A stretch of DNA of 64,000 nt from positions 704,001 through 768,000 of the forward strand of contig JAVZJD010000001.1 in NCBI GenBank assembly GCA_038870975.1, written 5' to 3'. The translations under genes were made by a program, and so were the position numbers. The notes beneath the pieces are model-generated. The model was not told the origin of the DNA and made no database searches. It saw only the letters and a list, made by a program, of their open reading frames with translations. Positions 59,634-64,000 of the stretch are shown in pieces. The stretch's first letter is position 1. Each line of letters begins with the position of its first letter. The stretch comes from Candidatus Bathyarchaeia archaeon (lineage in GTDB: Archaea; Thermoproteota; CALKCG01; B24).

Positions 59634-60403
59634 AACTCCTCAACCTTAGCCCTAATATCCTTAGCCTCGCTTATGGCCGTTCCAACAAGAATTCCATGAG
59701 CGTACTGCATTACGAATTTAACATCCTCTGCGTTTCTTATACCAGTCTCGCTGACAAGGAAGTCCGCGCTAACTTCCACGGATAAATCCTTTGTTTTTCT
59801 AAGGTTCCTTTCCACGCCTTCACCATTATTGATTCCCACAAATTTCGCCGAAGTTTTTCCCACAACCCTCGCATCTTCAACGCTGTTTACTTCAACCAAG
59901 GGTTCAAGGCCAAAGCTTCTTCCAATTTGAATCAAGTCTTCAAGCCTTTTCGCATCCTTAAACTGGTCAGCTATCAGTAGATATGAGCTGGCGCCCGCGG
60001 CTACAGCCTCATAGATCTGGAATTCTTCAAGTATGAGATCCTTCCTCAATGTTGGAACATTAAATGTTTTTGAAACCTTGAAAAGGTAATAGAGACTTCC
60101 TCTATAATAAATGGGTTCCGTCAAAACAGAGATTGCCGCAGCTCCACCCTCAAGCATCTTGGAAACGGCCTCAACCGGCTCGTAATAGTAATGGTAAATC
60201 CTCGTAGGCGAGGAGGGCTTAAACTCGGCGATTAGAGGAACTCTATCTCTAACTGATTTGAGGGTTTTCAAAATATTTGGTGGCTTCCTATTTCTCACAG
60301 TTTCTTCTGCTAGCTTTTCAAGCCGTTTAACGTCAACTCTTTGCTTATCGTAGGCTATGTGCTTACGCATATCCTCAAAGATTTTAGATCTAAGACTGCC
60401 CAT
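59606..60403 (-). CDS. trpC: Indole-3-glycerol phosphate synthase
   Basis: IAEFKPSSP, ISVLTE, LRKD.I...QI, LVEV, GINN. Confidence 0.92.
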   Translation of the reverse strand: MGSLRSKIFEDMRKHIAYDKQRVDVKRLEKLAEETVRNRKPPNILKTLKSVRDRVPLIAEFKPSSPTRIYHYYYEPVEAVSKMLEGGAAAISVLTEPIYYRGSLYYLFKVSKTFNVPTLRKDLILEEFQIYEAVAAGASSYLLIADQFKDAKRLEDLIQIGRSFGLEPLVEVNSVEDARVVGKTSAKFVGINNGEGVERNLRKTKDLSVEVSADFLVSETGIRNAEDVKFVMQYAHGILVGTAISEAKDIRAKVEELCRATSEKR

Positions 60404-60408
60404 ACACG

Positions 60409-61458
60409 TTACACCATGTGAGAGGCTTTAGCGATCTCCTCAAGTTTTCTGTAAGCTTGCCTTTCATCTAAAATATTTCTGGCCACCTCAACGCCTTCTT
60501 TAAGTTCTCTTACAGCACCGCCAACATATAGAGCCCCGGCAGCGTTTATGAGCAGGAAATCCCGTTTGCCCTCAAGTTTTTCTCCTTTAAACAACCTCTT
60601 AATAATTTCGGCATTGCACTTTGGATCGTCAACCTCGGGTTGAAGCCTCTCTACTTTTGTTTTCTGAACACCAAGTTCTTCGGGCGAAATGTTGTAAATG
60701 TCTGAAATTCGTTCGTCTCGAACTTCTGCCACCAAGGTTAGACCTACGTTTGAGATCTCGTCTAAACCATCTAAGCCATGAACAACTAAGGCTCTGATGT
60801 ATCCTAGTTTTGCAAGAACCTGAGCTACGGGTTCAACGAGCTCCTTTCTGTATACGCCTAAAAGGTGCGCTTTGACATGGGCTGGATTTATTAATGGACC
60901 CACAACGGTGTAGAAAACCGTTTTTATTCCAAGCTCACTTTCAGGTCCCAAGACCTTGCCCATAACGGGGTGAAAGTGCGGCGCATAAAGAAATGCGAAA
61001 CCCACTTTTTCAATGAGGCTTTCAGCCAGTTCTTTTGTTAAGTTAATGTTTATCCCTAACGCTTCAAGCACGTCTGCACTTCCGGATTTATGGGAAATTG
61101 AGCGGCTTCCATGTTTAGCTACAGGGATCCCAGCGGCAGCGGCTATAATGGCATTGGCTGTACTTACATTAAATGTCAAAACTCCACCACCAGTTCCACA
61201 AGTATCAATGATTTGTCCTTTGACTTTTGGTCTAACTATGACAGCGTTTTGTCTCATCCATTCTGCTATAGCAGAAAGTTCATCCACACTCACACCCTTC
61301 ATGACCAAACCAACAAGAAAACCGCCGATCTGCGCGCTCGTCGCATTTCCAGCCTTTATTTCCTCCAAAACTTTAAAAATTTCCTCACGCTCTAGGTTCT
61401 CTCTTACCGTCAATTTTTCAATAACTTTCTGTAAGACTTGTTTTTCGGCTAACACCAT
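60409..61458 (-). CDS. trpD: Anthranilate phosphoribosyltransferase
   Basis: DTCGTGG, FNVST, KHGSRS.S..SGSADVLE, GLDEIS. Confidence 0.95.
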   Translation of the reverse strand: MVLAEKQVLQKVIEKLTVRENLEREEIFKVLEEIKAGNATSAQIGGFLVGLVMKGVSVDELSAIAEWMRQNAVIVRPKVKGQIIDTCGTGGGVLTFNVSTANAIIAAAAGIPVAKHGSRSISHKSGSADVLEALGININLTKELAESLIEKVGFAFLYAPHFHPVMGKVLGPESELGIKTVFYTVVGPLINPAHVKAHLLGVYRKELVEPVAQVLAKLGYIRALVVHGLDGLDEISNVGLTLVAEVRDERISDIYNISPEELGVQKTKVERLQPEVDDPKCNAEIIKRLFKGEKLEGKRDFLLINAAGALYVGGAVRELKEGVEVARNILDERQAYRKLEEIAKASHMV

Positions 61459-61801
61459 TGGCGCATATTGAGACCCCCTCCACGGGACAAAAAAGAACGT
61501 GTTAGTGCATATTTAAACTTTTTTGTATAAAAATGTACATAAAAAATAAAAAAATTAATACTGATTTTATTAAATGGCTTGAAAGCGTGCATATTTGGCC
61601 AAGGATGCCTTGGAGGGGCTGAAAGACACTATATGGTCGAGGAAGGACAACGCCAATGCGCCATGTTTCAGCCCCGCAATTACCCTTCTATAACGTCCTA
61701 TCGCAACGTCAAAGTTGTATATTTCATCCATTTCTCCATCGGAAATGGATTGTCGCGTAGGCTTAAAAGTGGAGGGAAGAGAATTGAACCCGAGTTGTAG
61801 G

Positions 61802-61876
61802 TGCTCCGGGCGGGATTTGAACCCGCGTCGGGAGGGTGAGAGCCTCCTATGCTTGACCTGGCTACACCACCGGAGC
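61802..61876 (-). tRNA. tRNA-Glu(CTC)
   Basis: GCTCCGG/CCGGAGC acceptor stem; GGAGG-CTCTCAC-CCTCC anticodon arm; GGTTCAAATCC T-arm. Confidence 0.93.
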
Positions 61877-62057
61877 GTTAAAGAAGGGAAATCTACAATT
61901 CAAAGCATAAGCTAATAGATAAATAAATTTTACCCCTATTTCTATTAATAAACACCCGAATTAAATCGTATGGCAAAAGGCATACATCAATAACTCATAA
62001 AAATATAGAAGGGTGGAGATTAAAATGGTCAAAAATAAAAATTTCGGATTAAAGGCA

Positions 62058-63686
62058 CTAGTACTCTTCGCCGTAGCCTTTTTCTTCCTTCTTAGAGGGC
62101 GGAGGTTTAGCTGCAACTACAACGTCATCTATTCTGAGTATTGTGATAGCTGCTTCAACAGCCGATGCTATGCAGTGCCTCTTAACTAGAATTGGCTCAA
62201 AAACCCTGTGGATCTTCATGTCATCTATCTTACCTGTGAAAACGTTAACACCATATGATAGACCATCAGGCTTATCGTGGGCAGCTCTCAAAGAGACGAG
62301 TAGATCCACTGGGTCATGCCCTCCATTTTCCGCTAGCGTTTGTGGAATCACTTCCAGCGCCTCAGCGAAAGCTTCTATAGCCAGTTGCTCTCTACCACCA
62401 ATTTGAGCAGCATACCTACGTACTTCTTTAGCTACTTCCGCCTCAATAGCACCGCCACCGTAGACTATCTTCGGCTCTCTAATGACATCTGCTACAACGC
62501 ATAGTGCATCATGAAGACCTCTCTCAACTTCATCGACGACTCTCTCCAGTCCACCTCTGATCAGGATAGCTACGCTTCTTGGATTCTTGCAGCCTTCGAC
62601 GAAAACCATTCTATCTTCACCTATCTTCCTCTCTTCAACAAGCTCCGCATATCCAATATCCTCAGGTCTTATATCTTCAAGATTTGTAACTATTCTAGCA
62701 CCAGTGGCCCTTTCAAGCTTCTCCATATCTGACTTCTTAACTCTTCTTACAGCAAGCATACCTTCTTTCGCTAAGAAGAACTGAGCAGTGTCATCTATGC
62801 CCTTTTGGCAGAATACAACATTGGCTCCAGCGTCTTTGACCTTCTTAACCATGTCTCTAAGCATGTTTGTCTCTTCTTCCATAAACGCCTTCATCTGCTC
62901 AGGGTCTCTTATCCTAATTTCGGCGCTTATCTCAGTCTTCTCTATTTCAAGTGGGCATGCAAGTAGAGCTATTCTAGCGTCTTTCACTCTCTTAGGCATG
63001 CCTGGATGTACGACTTCCTTGTCTATTATGAGTCCTTTTATGAGTTGAGTTTCACCTATGCTTTTTCCAGGCTTCTTTATAACTTGGATATTGTCAACGT
63101 CTGCTATAAGTTTTCCATCCCTTTCTTCGACTATGCTTTTTACGGCCTTAACTGCTAAATCTGACAGGTAATCTCTGAAGAATTTAATGGTTTTGCTCCG
63201 CATAGATGTTGAAGCTACATCTCTTAGAAACGCCTCATCCTCTATATCTACTGGAACAGCCACTTTATCTAACACTTCTATAGCCTTTTCCAAAGCCTTC
63301 TTATAACCTGATGTTATGGTGGCTGGGTGAATGTTTTTAGCCATAAGTTCTTCAGCCTTTTTAAGCAATGTACCTGCTAAGACAACTACAGATGTTGTGC
63401 CATCGCCAACCTCTTTATCCTGAGTTTTAGCTACGTTTACTAGAACCTTCCCAGCAGGATGTTGAATATCTATTTCATCTAGTATCTTAGCACCGTCATT
63501 AGTTATCGTTATATCTCCTATGGTGTCCACAAGCATCTTATCCATACCCCTAGGCCCTAGCGTTGCTTTAACTACCTCTGCTATTATCTTAGCTGCGGCT
63601 ATATTTTGTCTCTGTGCTTCTCTACCCCTCTGTCTAGTCGTTCCTTCTTTGAGAATTAAAACTGGCATAGTTGTTACCTTACTCAT
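62058..63686 (-). CDS. ths: Thermosome (group II chaperonin) subunit
   Basis: TLGPRGMDKM, ITNDG, GDGTT, GGGAIE, ILRIDD. Confidence 0.97.
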   Translation of the reverse strand: MSKVTTMPVLILKEGTTRQRGREAQRQNIAAAKIIAEVVKATLGPRGMDKMLVDTIGDITITNDGAKILDEIDIQHPAGKVLVNVAKTQDKEVGDGTTSVVVLAGTLLKKAEELMAKNIHPATITSGYKKALEKAIEVLDKVAVPVDIEDEAFLRDVASTSMRSKTIKFFRDYLSDLAVKAVKSIVEERDGKLIADVDNIQVIKKPGKSIGETQLIKGLIIDKEVVHPGMPKRVKDARIALLACPLEIEKTEISAEIRIRDPEQMKAFMEEETNMLRDMVKKVKDAGANVVFCQKGIDDTAQFFLAKEGMLAVRRVKKSDMEKLERATGARIVTNLEDIRPEDIGYAELVEERKIGEDRMVFVEGCKNPRSVAILIRGGLERVVDEVERGLHDALCVVADVIREPKIVYGGGAIEAEVAKEVRRYAAQIGGREQLAIEAFAEALEVIPQTLAENGGHDPVDLLVSLRAAHDKPDGLSYGVNVFTGKIDDMKIHRVFEPILVKRHCIASAVEAAITILRIDDVVVAAKPPPSKKEEKGYGEEY

Positions 63687-63815
63687 AATGTCTTCACCTC
63701 TCGATAGACGAATTTTCTAAGCGTTTTTTCAAATAGAAAAAGTGTCTCAAAAACTTTTCTCTCATAGAGAAGCGTTTAAGCCTTCTTTAACTAAAATCTT
63801 CAAGATAATCTCTCT

Positions 63816-64000
63816 CTAACTTGTCACCACTCTCTTCGTAGCCAATCTGATATCTTCAGCTCTTACAGTCTTACGGCCAGCATGTCCGGCTAAAATACAA
63901 GCCTCTCTACCGATCCTCAATGCAACTTCTTCTAGTGTTCTTCTAAGCTCTTCAGCTGCTGTTTCGCTAACTCTTTCTGCACCCGCCTTCTTAAGTAAAC
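63816..64000 (-). CDS. Archaeal histone (HMf-like), 5' truncated by window; absent from ORF track
   Basis: [18 protein letters not shown]...[17 protein letters not shown]. Confidence 0.93.
   Translation of the reverse strand, partial: LLKKAGAERVSETAAEELRRTLEEVALRIGREACILAGHAGRKTVRAEDIRLATKRVVTS

Noticed and set aside
61579-61915. ORFs 61579-61800 and 61715-61915
   Set aside because: Lie over the hairpin region or antisense to tRNA-Glu; no protein features
1232-63720. Many 60-165 aa ORFs antisense to or nested in recognised genes (e.g. 17692-18186, 37664-38080, 56054-56545, 61013-61471)
   Set aside because: Shadow ORFs of well-supported genes, with Ser/Pro/Ile-rich antisense composition and no motifs

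Overview
Archaeal chromosomal DNA, probably from an anaerobic Thermoproteota (TACK) lineage such as Bathyarchaeia or Brockarchaeia. This is inferred from an HMf-type histone, a thermosome, a short XPF, A-type ATPase genes, TrpB2 and a Bathyarchaeia-style integrase scar. The window is dominated by energy metabolism: (i) a complex I/Fpo-like operon with only membrane-arm subunits (A,H,J,K,N,M,L), divergent from an FrhB/FpoF-like gene; (ii) a complete A1A0-ATPase gene set scrambled over both strands; (iii) hyp maturation genes; and (iv) a ~10.8 kb redox block (about 45.9-56.7 kb), the most notable region. That block is bracketed by two near-identical palindromic operators. It encodes a group 3 [NiFe]-hydrogenase (large and small subunits), a winged-HTH-HdrA-MvhD fusion, HydC/HydB (NuoE/F) with bifurcation-type motifs, and a GcvH-like protein lacking the lipoyl lysine. 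It also encodes two reciprocal chimeras in which a [FeFe]-hydrogenase-like HydA with a degenerate H-cluster is split and interleaved with a permuted second [NiFe] small subunit. Also present: liv ABC and ECF transporters, sugar isomerase and dehydrogenase genes, two trpB2 genes, a partial trp operon (D-C-A-B2), tRNA-Gly(CCC) with C at position 33, and tRNA-Glu(CTC). No rRNA or CRISPR array was seen. All calls come from motif recognition by eye; no database searches were run.
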